DNA of 63,565 nucleotides, filler included, from Octopus bimaculoides (Eukaryota): NCBI RefSeq assembly GCF_001194135.2. It is 7 parts of 6 records of this genome, joined end to end, with 100 filler letters (N's around TTAATTAATTAA, not from the genome) between each part and the next. Parts side by side here need not be neighbours in the genome. Positions count along the whole stretch, not along the records: positions 5,666 to 35,202 come from NC_068997.1; 6 more parts are not named here. One strand, written 5' to 3'. A program made the position numbers and the translations under genes. Positions 9,467-22,795 of the stretch are shown here, one piece after another. Under the pieces are notes generated by a model. It made no database searches. It had not been told where the DNA came from and saw nothing but the letters and a program-made list of their open reading frames with translations. How positions within the stretch are numbered: the stretch's first letter is position 1; each line of letters opens with the position of its first letter.

Positions 9467-10619
9467 GAGAGAGTGAAAAAGAGAGCAGAGGTACGGTCTA
9501 CAGAATGTGCTCTGGCAANNNNNNNNNNNNNNNNNNNNNNNNNNNNNNNNNNNNNNNNNNNNNNNNNNNNNNNNNNNNNNNNNNNNNNNNNNNNNNNNNN
9601 NNNNNNNNNNNNNNNNNNNNNNNNNNNNNNNNNNNNNNNNNNNNNNNNNNNNNNNNNNNNNNNNNNNNNNNNNNNNNNNNNNNNNNNNNNNNNNNNNNNN
9701 NNNNNNNNNNNNNNNNNNNNNNNNNNNNNNNNNNNNNNNNNNNNNNNNNNNNNNNNNNNNNNNNNNNNNNNNNNNNNNNNNNNNNNNNNNNNNNNNNNNN
9801 NNNNNNNNNNNNNNNNNNNNNNNNNNNNNNNNNNNNNNNNNNNNNNNNNNNNNNNNNNNNNNNNNNNNNNNNNNNNNNNNNNNNNNNNNNNNNNNNNNNN
9901 NNNNNNNNNNNNNNNNNNNNNNNNNNNNNNNNNNNNNNNNNNNNNNNNNNNNNNNNNNNNNNNNNNNNNNNNNNNNNNNNNNNNNNNNNNNNNNNNNNNN
10001 NNNNNNNNNNNNNNNNNNNNNNNNNNNNNNNNNNNNNNNNNNNNNNNNNNNNNNNNNNNNNNNNNNNNNNNNNNNNNNNNNNNNNNNNNNNNNNNNNNNN
10101 NNNNNNNNNNNNNNNNNNNNNNNNNNNNNNNNNNNNNNNNNNNNNNNNNNNNNNNNNNNNNNNNNNNNNNNNNNNNNNNNNNNNNNNNNNNNNNNNNNNN
10201 GACTGCCGACCGCCAATACCTCTTATGTCCATCTCCCATGTTCCTGCCTTTAGACTTCCACTTCATACACACCAGCTCAATTTCATTCGTTCTCAGTCGA
10301 AAGACACCTTTTGTTATATTCTTGTTGTTTGTATTTGTAATTGTGTACCATGTTCTCCGTTTTTGGTCTTTGTTGCCGTACACATTCGCTAACCTACAAA
10401 AAATCTAATGCTCTTAGCTTAGACTTTTTGGGGGGCAACCAGATCGAACTGTCTCAAGTGTGACTGCCCGAAACAGTAAGGACTTCTGGTAACTTGACTG
10501 AGGAAAGAAGGCTACGAATGACACGTCTTTTTTTGCCTGTCCTTCTAATTGTTGTTTCTTCTGTCTGCCTTTGTATCGTCTATCTGTCCGAATGTTTTAT
10601 TGCGTTTTTGTTCCATTTT

Positions 10620-10960
10620 ATATACATACATATATATATATGATGGAGAAATTATACAAAATGTATAAAAAGATGATGAGTAAAGCACCAGCACAGATTC
10701 GATTACCTGTTGTTATCCGTAGGTTTATTGCAGGAACTTCGTAGTGGCGATAGGGTTAACAGTATTAATAAAATAGATGGAAGGAGAAAAGATTTTATTA
10801 GGTACGACACATGTTTCGATCCGTTCTGGGTCTTTTCGGGTACATCAATAAAAAGTTTTACGGGAGATTTTCTGATTCGGTTTCACGTACCGCTATATCT
10901 CCATCAACTACGAGAATAAGTAAAGAAAACAGAGAAAAATTGAAACGCAAAAAACTCAAA
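10620..10960 (-). mobile_element. PLE-LTR-like non-coding repeat with a degenerate hammerhead motif at 10802-10843
   Basis: Minus strand GUAC-CCGAAAA-GACCC(AGAAC)GGAUC-GAAA-CAUGU-GUC-GUAC; the repeat lies next to an AT microsatellite. Confidence 0.45.
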
Positions 10961-11789
10961 TATGAACGTGAAAATTATACATTCTAGTTTAGAGAAAATG
11001 ACGTAATGAGCCTTCGCTGTTGTAACTGTTAAGAGAAAGGAAAGGATGTAGAAGTTGAAAGAAAGATAATACTTAGACGAAAATTATTTTTTGTGTTCGT
11101 GCTTAGACACACATATACATACACAGATACATACATACATACACACACACAACACANNNNNNNNNNNNNNNNNNNNNNNNNNNNNNNNNNNNNNNNNNNN
11201 NNNNNNNNNNNNNNNNNNNNNNNNNNNNNNNNNNNNNNNNNNNNNNNNNNNNNNNNNNNNNNNNNNNNNNNNNNNNNNNNNNNNNNNNNNNNNNNNNNNN
11301 NNNNNNNNNNNNNNNNNNNNNNNNNNNNNNNNNNNNNNNNNNNNNNNNNNNNNNNNNNNNNNNNNNNNNNNNNNNNNNNNNNNNNNNNNNNNNNNNNNNN
11401 NNNNNNNNNNNNNNNNNNNNNNNNNNNNNNNNNNNNNNNNNNNNNNNNNNNNNNNNNNNNNNNNNNNNNNNNNNNNNNNNNNNNNNNNNNNNNNNNNNNN
11501 NNNNNNNNNNNNNNNNNNNNNNNNNNNNNNNNNNNNNNNNNNNNNNNNNNNNNNNNNNATACGCGCTCACACACGCACATCCAAGTATACTCACACGTAT
11601 GGACGAATACATATATATGCATAGGAACTCATATAAGCAGGTAGACACGTGTATATATACATGAATATACGCACAAACATAATGGATACTGAAAACACTC
11701 CCGTATTTCATGGAATGAGCTCAAATCAGCATAAAACATATCGTATATATATTTGTTGATTCAGAATATTATTGCGAATGTTATCCATA

Positions 11790-12420
11790 ATATTTTCCTA
11801 CCGCAAAACAGATTTCTGATTCCCCGGACAAAACAATTAGGTTCGCTAAAGAGAAAAGTACTTGATGTTCCGTTTCAACACCTATTTCTGAATGTTTTCC
11901 ATGGGTGAAGTGTTCAAGTAACGTGAATAAGTGAAAATCTCGTGGTGAGAGCCCTGGAGAGTAGGGAGAATGAGGTAGAGCTTCTCAACTTAATGAATTT
12001 ATCTTTTCCTAGATCATCTACGCTAAATGTGTTCTTTCATTATCATGTTGCAGGATAACTCACTTTCTGCTTTATCGACTTCCCTTCTGTATACATTTTC
12101 CCAATCTACTCGAGATTATCTTGCATCGAGAACCAAGGTCTTGTAAGGGCTCCGAGATACTTTCAGAATACTTTGGTGCAGATCTTCCTTTTGTTGTTAT
12201 TTTCACTGAGTCATTATTGAAAACAGTTGGTATTCCTGATCGATACTCACCCAAAAGATCGAAACACTGTTATTGAATCTGTTAAACCACCTTTGGCATT
12301 TCCGAAAACTCAAACCATTAGGACGTACAGCAAATATATCTTCTTGTGCACGAAATTTGTAAAGTATACAGTGACGAATGTCCAGACCACTAAGGTCCTT
12401 GTCTTCCATGGTCTGTGAGA
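11790..12420 (-). mobile_element. Mariner transposase remnant, internally deleted
   Basis: IRHCILYKF..SFRKCQRWFNRF..EYRSGIPT (N-terminal HTH) and EALPHSPYSPGLSPRDFHLF (degenerate YSPDLAP motif). Confidence 0.8.
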
Positions 12421-12479
12421 TAGAGCATGTATGTATGTATGTATGTATGTATGTATGTATGTCATTGTTAAGTTTTTTC

Positions 12480-13450
12480 AAGATTTCTTGTCAATAGAGA
12501 AAGAGCCGGTTTCTAGCCTAGATCCAAGGTTCCTTCATTCGAATTTCAACATCAACAACAGGGTCTTTTTGTTTGTTTGTATGTATATATATATGTGCAT
12601 ATTTGTATGTTTTGTTTTATGTATATATTCTTATGTATATAGTTTCATATCTACACATACTCATATATATCTAAATGATTTCTGGCAAGTTTTACAGATT
12701 TTTACAGTTCCACTGATGGATTGGATCTGTAGTCTTCGAATTAGTTTTCTCCTTTCTGGTTTTGAGAAGCCTAAGTTTTCAAGATTGGTATTTAAGCAGT
12801 ATGTTACAGGGACCCCAATAATTACAGGTATAAACCTGAACTTGAAATCTGGATAGATTAACTGCAAATTTCTCAATAGTTCAGCTTAGATGTTCTCTTT
12901 TTCACTAATCTTCAGCTTTATGTTAACATTCGCTGGGCAGCTAATTTCCACAACCGTACACAGTTTCTCTTTTCTATACCAAATCATTATATCAGGTCTG
13001 TTGTGCTTACATTTTATTGAGGTCGTCACTGGTACATTCCACCAGTACTTCCTTTTATTATGAGTGGCCATGGCTTTTGCCATACTGTGAGTTCTTATTT
13101 CTTTGTCCTCGGGGTTATCCTTCCGACGGATTTCATTACAGTGTGTCCTAGCTACAACATCATGTCTCATCAGTAGATAGTACCGTGATGACATTTTCAG
13201 ACAACTACTTATGATGTGGGTGATATCTGCGGTGTTAACTCCACAAAGTCTGCATAGGTTGACACATTTTACTGCTTTTCCTGCATCTCTATCCCTTCTG
13301 TGCATCAGTATTTGCTTGATATTTCTTGTTCCTGGATTGCGAACGCATACCCTTCACGCGTTTTAACATTTGTTATTTAACTATATGCTGATTGGTTGAT
13401 CGCGAGGATATCTTTTATTGGCCATTTGTAGTAAGAAACCAGACTGTTTG
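12480..13450 (-). mobile_element. RLE-type (R4/NeSL-like) non-LTR retrotransposon 3' fragment
   Basis: CRLCG..HIISSC zinc knuckle, RHD motif, WWNVPV..NRPDIMIW..VVEISCP..KISEKENI..FIPVIIG endonuclease; ends at an (ATAC)n tract. Confidence 0.85.
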
Positions 13451-14168
13451 CTTAGAAATAGGACATTACTTTTCGATAACCCTACATACATACATACATA
13501 CATACATACATACATACATACATACATACATACATACATACATACATAGAAACACACACATATGATTTATATATCCCCACTGACAAGTGGTGTCAGTTAA
13601 CCGGTCATCGCTCCATCTGGAGAAATTTGAATCATAAAGGCAGTCATAATTGTTGACGACACGCCGGTTATTGAAAAGAAAAGAGAGAAATGACAGATAT
13701 TTATTTGGCAGAATCGCATGTTGCTGTCTCTGGTCAGATATCACATACTTATTGCGTTCCCATATCTTCTGCGTTACTATTTCAAGTGACATTATATAAC
13801 CACATGTTAGCTTGATAACAAGGAAACAGCTTTGGCTATTTAAAAAAAAAGATAATAAATAAATAAAAGTTAACCATAAAATAACTGTCTAGTGTTCTCA
13901 TAAAGTTTGAGGTGTGTGTCACTAGAATGTAATAATAAGTAGTTAGTAATAATTGTTTTTTATTCTATTGAAATATAGTTAAATGGAAAAAAATGATAGC
14001 CAAGTCATCTCCAGAAGGACTTAACAATAGCATTTAAAAGAATGTAACCAAATAACGACGTGCCGTATTGATTAGGTAACAAGGAATTCAATATAAATGA
14101 TAATAATCATAGGTAATGCATACATGAATACATTGATCTGACCTAACAATGAACCAGAGAATGCTTAC

Positions 14169-14354
14169 ATTTTAATATCGTCCTTGCATCGCTGAGGTAT
14201 GTCTCTTCGATTTGGCGACGTTATAAGTCCATAAACAAATACTTCTACTTTTGATATTTGTGGATCCATTAAGGAAGACAGCGAAGCAGGAATTAGCGAG
14301 ACCGTAGAAGGACGCCAAGAAGTGAGAGGGACAAGGAGGGACTTAGATCTAACA
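14169..14354 (-). CDS. Candidate internal exon of unknown function (186 nt, symmetric phase)
   Basis: Minus strand TTTCAG acceptor and GTAAGC donor; one frame is open throughout (VRSKSLLVPLTSWRP...QRCKDDIK). No homology recognised. Confidence 0.25.
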
Positions 14355-14884
14355 CTGAAATTTCAAAATAAATCTCAAATTTATGTTGACACACTTCTGT
14401 TCACAGTTTAGTAAATGGAAAATGAAATGATTAAATAAAATTCAGAAGCATCGCTGAGAAGCAATATGAAACTGAAAGACTTTCTTTCAATCCAATATTG
14501 TTGTAGTTTTAGAAAGTTTTGTCAACATGTATGCCAAAAGTAATTAAACAAACAAACGTTGAATACAGACCAACAAAACAAAGATTTAACTGTTCATCAG
14601 AGATTACACTCAGAACAACAAGTATATAAATTTACGCAAACACGCATACATAAACACACAGATACATACATACATACATACATACATAAACACACAGATA
14701 CATACATACATACATAAATTCATACATACATCCATACATACATACATACATATCTACATATATATACATATATACATATATATACATATATACATATATA
14801 AAGATACATATATATATGTACCATTGTTTGTTTGTTTGTTTGTGTGTGTATGTGTCTTTGTATCTGTGTGTCTGTGTGTCTTAG

Positions 14885-15105
14885 TGTCTCTGCTTGTGCT
14901 CAATCACCGCTTGACAACTGGCGTTGGGGTGTTTACGTCCCTGTAGGTTAACGGTTCAGCAAAAGAAGCTGATAGAAGTAGCTAGCTTTAAAAAAATCAT
15001 AAGTTTTGCGGTGGATTTGTTCGATTGAAAAACCATTCAAGGCAGTGCCCCAGCATGGAGTGATCAAACGACAGCAACAAGTAAAAGATAAAAAATAAAA
15101 GATAA
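14885..15105 (+). mobile_element. SINE family A, 3' portion
   Basis: CACCGCTTGACAACTGG...GGCAGTGCCCCAGCATGG...AAGTAAAAGA. Confidence 0.75.
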
Positions 15106-15283
15106 AAGATGTATTCAGACAAACACGTAGACATATATCAATTTGTTTACATGTGTGACAGTTTCTACCATATTTCTACCGCGTTTGAGTATATAAATCA
15201 TCACTCGCGCGAGCGCGTGTGTGCATTGTGTCAATGTAAATACATGAGATATGCAAGTGAATATACATTCATACAAAACATAT

Positions 15284-15497
15284 TCCTTTCTACTCTAGGC
15301 ACAAGGCCCGACATATGTGGGGAGAGGGCCAGTCGATTAGATCGACCGCAGTATGCAGCTGGTATTTAATTTATCGACCCCGAAATGTTGAAAGGCAAAG
15401 TCGACCTCGGCGGAATTTGAACTCAGAACGTAAAGGCAGACGAAATACCACTAAGCATTTCACTCAGTGTGTTAACGATTCTGCCAGCTCACCGCCT
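15284..15497 (-). mobile_element. SINE family B
   Basis: Reverse complement of the family B consensus, ending in TTCCTTTCTACTCTAGGCACAAGGCC. Confidence 0.85.
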
Positions 15498-15529
15498 TTC
15501 ATACAAAACATATTAGCACACATAAAACT

Positions 15530-16770
15530 TAGCTATGTTTCGACCAAAGATTGGTCCAGGCCATGTCTAACTTAATAGCACCACCTGATAGGATTATCTA
15601 AATCCTTTTTACTGTCAAGCTTTGTCTATGGTCCATTCAAGTAGTGAGTTCTTATTGAGTGAGTTGTATCCAGGTATGGGTGGCTTGTCTGGTACTCTTT
15701 GAAGAAAGCTGTCTAGACTCCGTTTAAAGCTGATAGGATCTGTTTCCTCTTTTATCTGTTTCGGGACAATGTTAAACAGAGCAGGGCCTGTTGAGGAAAA
15801 GAAATTATGCCGCAGTGTACCTATACGTTGTGATTCTGAATTGGGCAGGGGACGTATGGCTCGTGGTCTCAGCCTTGGATNNNNNNNNNNNNNNNNNNNN
15901 NNNNNNNNNNNNNNNNNNNNNNNNNNNNNNNNNNNNNNNNNNNNNNNNNNNNNNNNNNNNNNNNNNNNNNNNNNNNNNNNNNNNNNNNNNNNNNNNNNNN
16001 NNNNNNNNNNNNNNNNNNNNNNNNNNNNNNNNNNNNNNNNNNNNNNNNNNNNNNNNNNNNNNNNNNNNNNNNNNNNNNNNNNNNNNNNNNNNNNNNNNNN
16101 NNNNNNNNNNNNNNNNNNNNNNNNNNNNNNNNNNNNNNNNNNNNNNNNNNNNNNNNNNNNNNNNNNNNNNNNNNNNNNNNNNNNNNNNNNNNNNNNNNNN
16201 NNNNNNNNNNNNNNNNNNNNNNNNNNNNNNNNNNNNNNNNNNNNNNNNNNNNNNNNNNNNNNNNNNNNNNNNNNNNNNNNNNNNNNNNNNNNNNNNNNNN
16301 NNNNNNNNNNNNNNNNNNNNNNNNNNNNNNNNNNNNNNNNNNNNNNNNNNNNNNNNNNNNNNNNNNNNNNNNNNNNNNNNNNNNNNNNNNNNNNNNNNNN
16401 NNGAGTTGGGTTCGGTCTTCTTCTTCATTGATGATTTGCTGGAGCTTAGTGTCATCAGCAAATATTTTCACTTTGCAGTGATTTACGACGCTGGAAAGGT
16501 CGTTTATATAAATTATAAAGAGGAGCGAGCCCAAGACAGTCCCCTGAGGGACACCACCGGTGACTTTTGCTGGGCTTGAGTGGACTCCATCGACCACAAC
16601 TTTTTGTGTTCTATTCTCTAGGAAATACTTAATCCAGTGTAGAAGTTTTCCACGGACTCCAACATTTGTCAATTTTGTGAGTAAGATATTATGGTCAACC
16701 CTGTCGAACGCTTTACTGAAGTCAAGATATATGACACCAGCTTTGTATCTGTGCTAAAATGCCTGTGTAT
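15530..16770 (-). mobile_element. CR1-clade LINE, 5'-truncated, spanning a gap
   Basis: YLDFSKAFDRVD..GVPQGTVLGSLLFIIYINDL..FADDTKL; after the gap, GPALFNIVPK..SFKRSLDSFLQRVPDKP C-terminus. Confidence 0.9.
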
Positions 16771-17074
16771 ATGTGTGTTGAGGAAAGGATGTTTGTGCAC
16801 AAGTGGCAGAATGCTTGTCTGTGGCCTTGGAATGACGTAGTGGTGGTGATGGTGGTGGTGGTGGTGAGGATTATGATGATCATGGGTAGTGGAAGAGGAG
16901 GAGGAAGGCGACGAGAATGAGGAGGTGAACGAGTAGGATCAATAACGAAATTCTAATTTTGTTCACATATATCTGTTCATTCATATTTGTTTATGTTCTG
17001 AGAAAGATTTACATATATATCTTGAAAGATTCGTTTGACTCAAGTGTGTATGTTTGTGGATATATATACATATA

Positions 17075-17128
<54 letters not shown>

Positions 17129-17204
17129 TGTATGTATATGTATGTATGAATGTTTGCGTGTATACACACGCACGCACGCATACACATACACACATACGCT
17201 TTTT

Positions 17205-17515
17205 CATCTAAATTCAGGACCAGGTACTGCAATAGCTTGGGGTTCAAAAGCCCACAGCTCTTCAATGCCCCGCCACATGAATTAAGAAATCTGCGTAAGG
17301 TGGAAGCAAATGTCTTCAAAAATGGCACTTCACACCCTCCTCTCCACGATACGACATGAGGTGCAGACATGGGAAGAGGAATCAAACTCCCCTATACACC
17401 AAATGGGCCAACAGGTGGGTCAAAGGCTCATACAGAAGTGGTGGTGCGAAACACCCCAGACTGAGGTAATCAGTAAGACCACGGGTGTGCTCGAGTATGA
17501 CCGCAGCCGAATAGT
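17205..17515 (+). mobile_element. CR1-type LINE 3' end fragment
   Basis: SKFRTRYCNSLGFKSPQLFNAPPHELRNL, followed by a 3' UTR with a GTGCTCGAGTATGACCGCAG tail motif. Confidence 0.75.
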
Positions 17516-17899
17516 GTATATATAGAGAGATAGACCAATACATATAAATATAATACATATACTTGTACGTGTATATGTGTGTGTGTGTGTTGTGTGTATG
17601 TGTGCTTGTGTAATATTAAGTATGTATTTAAATGTATGGGCTATTCACGGAGTGCTCATAGAGAGCCAATGCGAAGAAATATAGAGTAAAGAAAATTGTA
17701 AACGCAAATCATAGGCAGTCAAACAGATTCCCGAAAGTATAAATGAAAATATTCAATCAATGTAATTGAATCATATATATTTATACAAATCAACATAAAT
17801 CATGCATGTACAAGCGTAAAGATTCTCCAAAGGTATAAAGAATAAAACCAAACATACATAAAAATATAGACGAAATATAAAAATATATAAAAATACATA

Positions 17900-20637
17900 T
17901 ACGTGATGTCATCCGCGTACGCCGTAACCGTCCTTCTACAACTTAGGTTGCACGGGACGCCCCTCAAGCTCACCAACTTCCGCAGTAGAGGCTTAAGAGT
18001 CAACACATACAGAAGTGGGGAGAGGGGGAACCTTTGACGAGCTGAGCGCTTGATGTTAAACGGTTTCGAGAAGAAACCGTTCACCCGAACAATTGATTCG
18101 ATGTTGCCGTATAAAGCGATAATCCACCCACAGAAGACGGGACTAAGTCGCGAGGACCGACACCGGATACCGAGGATCAACGCTGTCAAAAGCTTTAGAT
18201 TAGTTTAAATGGACCAGAGCCCCACCCTTTCCAGGAGACCTGTTAACCTGTAGCGTGTTAGGTGGAGATTGTCGTGTATGGATCTGCCAGGAACGGCACA
18301 AGTTTGTGCCTCCCCAACGAGTCCACTCACGACACGCGCCACCATTTTTGCTAACACCTTAGCCAAATTCTTCAACTCTGCGTTAAGCAGAGTGATGGGC
18401 GGGAAATTATGTATAATATCCCACTTGTTTGGGTCCTTTCTAAGTAGCGTCACCACTTCCCGGCTCACAGACTTGGTAATAACCCCATTCTACCACCAGT
18501 TGGTGAAGACACATGCCAGTAGTTGCCAAACATAAAGCTCGTAGGGAAGATCATTTAGTCCTGGCGACTTGTTCCTGCCGCAGTCCTCCTCCACCTTCGC
18601 CTACGCGTGCATCGTAAGATCACGTTAAAGTCACCTAACATTACTATAGTGTGAGACGTACCTAAAAATTTCTCTAGGTTTCGAAAAAATGTCACACTGT
18701 CCAGCTCTCGAGGAAGCGTAGGCAGCTACCAGCCTGAAGGCCTTACCACTGCTAAGCGTCACGTCAGGGACGACCAACCTACTTTCCGGGTGGATAAAAT
18801 TGTTTTGTCCTCTAAATCCAATTTTTTTCCTGAGCAGCACAGCGACACCGCTTCCTTTTCCAGGTAAGCATGGAGAAATAAATGTATGTCTCGTAGCCGT
18901 TTAGGAGGGGGAACAGTCTCTTTGACTACTCGGTCTGGACTCTGTGACAATTCTAATATCCATTCTATACGACCTGAGGTCATTAAGGAAACGACCTTGT
19001 TTCCAATCCGACCCCAGGCCGCTTACATTCAAACACTCTACATTAAGTATATCCATAAAGGTTCTATGGAGTGGAATGTCCGTCTCATTCCTTTGTATTT
19101 ACGTCCGGGGCTTGCGGTGTGTCGCTGACTCGGCCCTCATAAATTTGTGAGGAGAAACACTTCTTCAGAGGACCTATGTCGTCTTTAAATGGATTTTTTG
19201 TGTATTATAATTCATTTTGCCGATTGTAAAAATCGCAATGTTTTCGGGAATATTTCTCCTTTCAAAGTTTTTAGTGACATTCAAAGTGCTAGGCACGTCT
19301 TTTAATTTTTGTGGTGGTGATTTATTATTTGTCACCATTGCATTATAATTCGTCGCTGGGTGGGTGGGGAACAATTTGGGCTGGGGATTTTTAGGTGTCT
19401 GTGTGCTTTGTTTGTTCTTTTTGATTTCGTTGTAGGGCTAGTGGGGTTGGATTTGTTTTGTAGTTTTCTTTTTGCTGGTGATTTTCTGCCATCCTTCCTC
19501 TTGTGCTTCTGTCATCTTCTCCTCTTCTGTTTCAGTTTCTGTTGATTCCTCACTTTGAGCTTCACTGGGTGTCCCGTCTGTCGTTTCTTTTGGTGTCTCC
19601 ACAGGTGGGGGGTATCGCTGCATTTTCGTGGGGGGAGGTTGGCATTCGCCCCTAATGTGACCTTTTCGGCCACATTTGTTACAACGAGGCTTCCTTCCCT
19701 CGATCATGACTCGCAGCTTACTCTCCCCTATCTGTATGGTGTCGATTATATTTTCAAAATCGGCAGGGGCTACTTGAATGACCATTTCGAACCCTTTGCC
19801 CTGCAAATTTTGCAATTCCAAAACGGTGGCTTGAAGAAAGGTTATTTTATTCTCCAAGTCTGTCATTGTAGCTGTACCATCCCAGCAGGGTCTACTTCAG
19901 GTGGGATGTTCCTACCCTAATTTTGGAAGTCCGCCTTCTAAGATAAGTAGGCAGGAGTACCACCTCAGCTGTTTCCAGCGGCCCTGTTGAAGCCTACTTA
20001 GCCTTTTCTTCTGACTTGAAGCGTACCTCTATCGTGGCATACTTCACTCCTCTTGTGATGTATGCCACGTCGCTCCATACTGGTCGCAGGCACAATTCAA
20101 CAGCCTCCTTACGTGCATTATCCAGTTCTTTTGCTTCTGACAACGTAATATTTATATATCACAGTGCACCGAAGTGCTCTGTGAGTAGTTTCGCTGGAAG
20201 GCGTAATTACTGTCTCATTCCCTTCCCTTTTCAGCATTCCTTCACATTTTACCAGCTTATCACTTTTCGCCGTTGAGAGTCTTTCTTGTAATTCCGGCTG
20301 CTACTGCAAAATTCACATTTTTCCCATTACCAAATCCTCGCCTGACGGCATACTTCTTAGTTTCGGGCTGCTATCGGAGTTTGACTGATTTTTCTTAGTA
20401 CTGGTCCCAGGTTCGAGACTGGTCCTGGTCTTTATGGGTGATTTATCCATTTTGGGTGATTTATCCAAGACCCTTCACACAAGGCGGAAAATGTTAACAA
20501 AAGTCTACCACAAGCAGAAAACAAGGTGTTTTACAACAATGCTATAACAAATAGTCGTCAATGCAATAACACAACTAACTATTAATGCAACAACCAACAC
20601 AATAAAACAAAAAAATATCTTCAAACTGACTCCTCCT
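17900..20637 (-). mobile_element. L1/Tx1-clade LINE: 5' UTR, ORF1 with zinc knuckle, APE endonuclease and RT; internally deleted and 3'-truncated
   Basis: ORF1 CNKCGRKGHIRGEC; ORF2 NVSGL..SGVAVLL..RLVAAYA, KSPGLNDLPYELY, PITLLNAELK, QTCAVPGRSIHDN, PLSPLLYVL, AYADDIT. Confidence 0.9.
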
Positions 20638-20784
20638 TGGTGAATTTCAACTTCTTTATTGCCCACAAGAGGCTAATGATAGAGGGGACAACAGCCCCAA
20701 CTCCATCGGCGACACCACCACCGCCAACGGTAGAAACAGCAGCACCAACAACAGCAACAGGCGCACCGACATCACACGCTCACA

Positions 20785-20990
20785 GAAATACGTGGGATGC
20801 ACTGGGGATTCTCTCAAACAGTGTCTTTCCAATCATTTGTCCTCCTTCAGAGTCCCGGAAAGGAGATACTTGACATCTCTAGCCAGCCATATTTGGCAAC
20901 TAAGAATCCACGGGATATCATACTCGATCGCATAGAAGTTACTCGAGAACGCAGGCCCCTACACCAGCGTGATGAAACACATTTTAGATT
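20785..20990 (+). mobile_element. Penelope-like GIY-YIG endonuclease C-terminal fragment
   Basis: Plus frame KYVGCTGDSLKQCLSNHLSSFR..TSLASHIWQLR..ISYSIA*KLLENAGPY. Confidence 0.75.
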
Positions 20991-21532
20991 TATATTTCGT
21001 ATATGTATGCATGTGTGTTTATGTGTATGGCTAGACAATAAGAAGGTATTTGACTCATTTCCTCAATCATGAAGAATAGAGATGTTACACATTCTTAAGC
21101 CTCCAGTTACTATAGTCAATTCGATTAAGAGACTGGCAACAAAATTGCCCACATAAACTTGGAATAGAAATACTTACGTAAAAACGTCCGTGATTCATCA
21201 TTACAATCGTCTCTCCCGCTTATGTTCTGGAGTTTGCTGAATTTTTTCTGGAGGACATTATTCTTCTTTGTGGTTGGGTCGTTGATGACCTCTTTCTAGT
21301 ATATCGGATGTCCACTTAGTGGTCATCCATTCTTATACGCATGTAATACAATTTATCTGAATTTTCAGGTTTTTTATATGCTAGGCCACTGGTTTTAAAT
21401 TGATGTTAATTAAATTAATATTCAATTTATCACCCTCAGTATATATATATATATATATATATATATACTAGCAGAGATACTCGGCGCTACTCGGGGTTAC
21501 AATGGCATAGTCTTTTATTGTTNNNNNNNNNN

Positions 21533-21564
<32 letters not shown>

Positions 21565-21611
21565 TAGCAGAGATACTCGGCGCTACTCGGGGTTACAATG
21601 GCATAGTCTTT

Positions 21612-21800
21612 TATTGTTTTAATTGTTTCGGCCATGTGACTGTGGCCATGCTGAAGCACCGATTTTAATCGAAAAAATCGACCCCAGGTTTTATTCTTTG
21701 TAAGCCTAGCATTTATTCTATGGGTGTGTTTTTCCAAATGGCTAAGTTACGGGGACGTAAACACAGCAGAATTGGTTGTCAAGTGAGGTGGCGCAGTACA
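21612..21800 (-). mobile_element. SINE family A 3' portion, nested in the Helitron
   Basis: GGCCATGCTGAAGCACC..AATCGACCCCAGG..AAGTTACGGGGACGTAAAC on the plus strand. Confidence 0.8.
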
Positions 21801-22795
21801 CACACACACACATACATGGCGACGAAATGGTTGAAGGAGAACAGAGGCGACAAAATGATTGAAGAACAGAGGCAAAGAAATGGTTGTGGAAAATATTTTC
21901 GTCTTATACACTCATTAGCACTTAATCTAACTGCAAATCAAATTTGAAGCGAATCGGATGTTAAATGCAAAAGTTACTGAGCTAATAAAAAGTCGCAATT
22001 AAATTGTATATCTATTTATCTACATTATGTGCATTTCTGACTGTATTTGTGTTTATATACATATGTCCTGTGTATGAACATAGATACCTGTAAGAGAGTG
22101 TACACATGGAAATAGATAAATATGTACGTAACTTTATATCTTTAATAGAGTTATCTCTGAACGCGTATTATCTATGTATTAAAATAATCAGTTATCTTGG
22201 AACAGGTGATACAGGAAAGTATAGCATTGAAAACAAAACATTTGTGGAGTAAAAGATGGGCTAATTCGTGTAAGCGACATGTCATGCCTCTGTTTGGAGT
22301 ATTCCAGGCCGTAACCTGTCATGGAAATTGGGGGTGGAGGGTATGTGATTTTTAACGCACCGAAAAGCTGTCCGTGGATACACTCTCCTTTGCGGCAGTC
22401 GGCGTTGCGTCTAACACGACCCATCGTCTGACGTTTTAATACCTCCTTCGGGTCTGTTGTCCTGCATCATTCACAAAGTAAATTTGGAGGAAATGTAGTT
22501 GTTCATTTGTGGGTATCAGGGCAGCAATGAGGTGATAGACTTTGAACTTTGAACGTTGACGTAAATCCATGTTCAACTATCTCCTTAGATGCACCAAATG
22601 ATGTCATTTGAAATGCAGAGTTGTATTATCTGATATTGTTAAAAAAATGCCTTGACTGGATGGAAGTGTCTTCCAGAAGATCTAAAAGAGGTTGAGGAGG
22701 AGCTAATAGTGCTGGCAAACTTACCTTATCTCCTGAGCAGCGCATGCCGTTAGTTTCATTTGGAAATTTTGGGAAAGTCTCATCTCCCTTCTGTA

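Noticed and set aside
10425-10482. Hammerhead-like GGGC..GCCC-GAAAC-A-GUA
   Set aside because: The CUGANGA half is missing; at most a fossil.
21275-21330. UGAUGA motif downstream of the PLE GIY-YIG fragment
   Set aside because: No GAAA or stems could be assigned.
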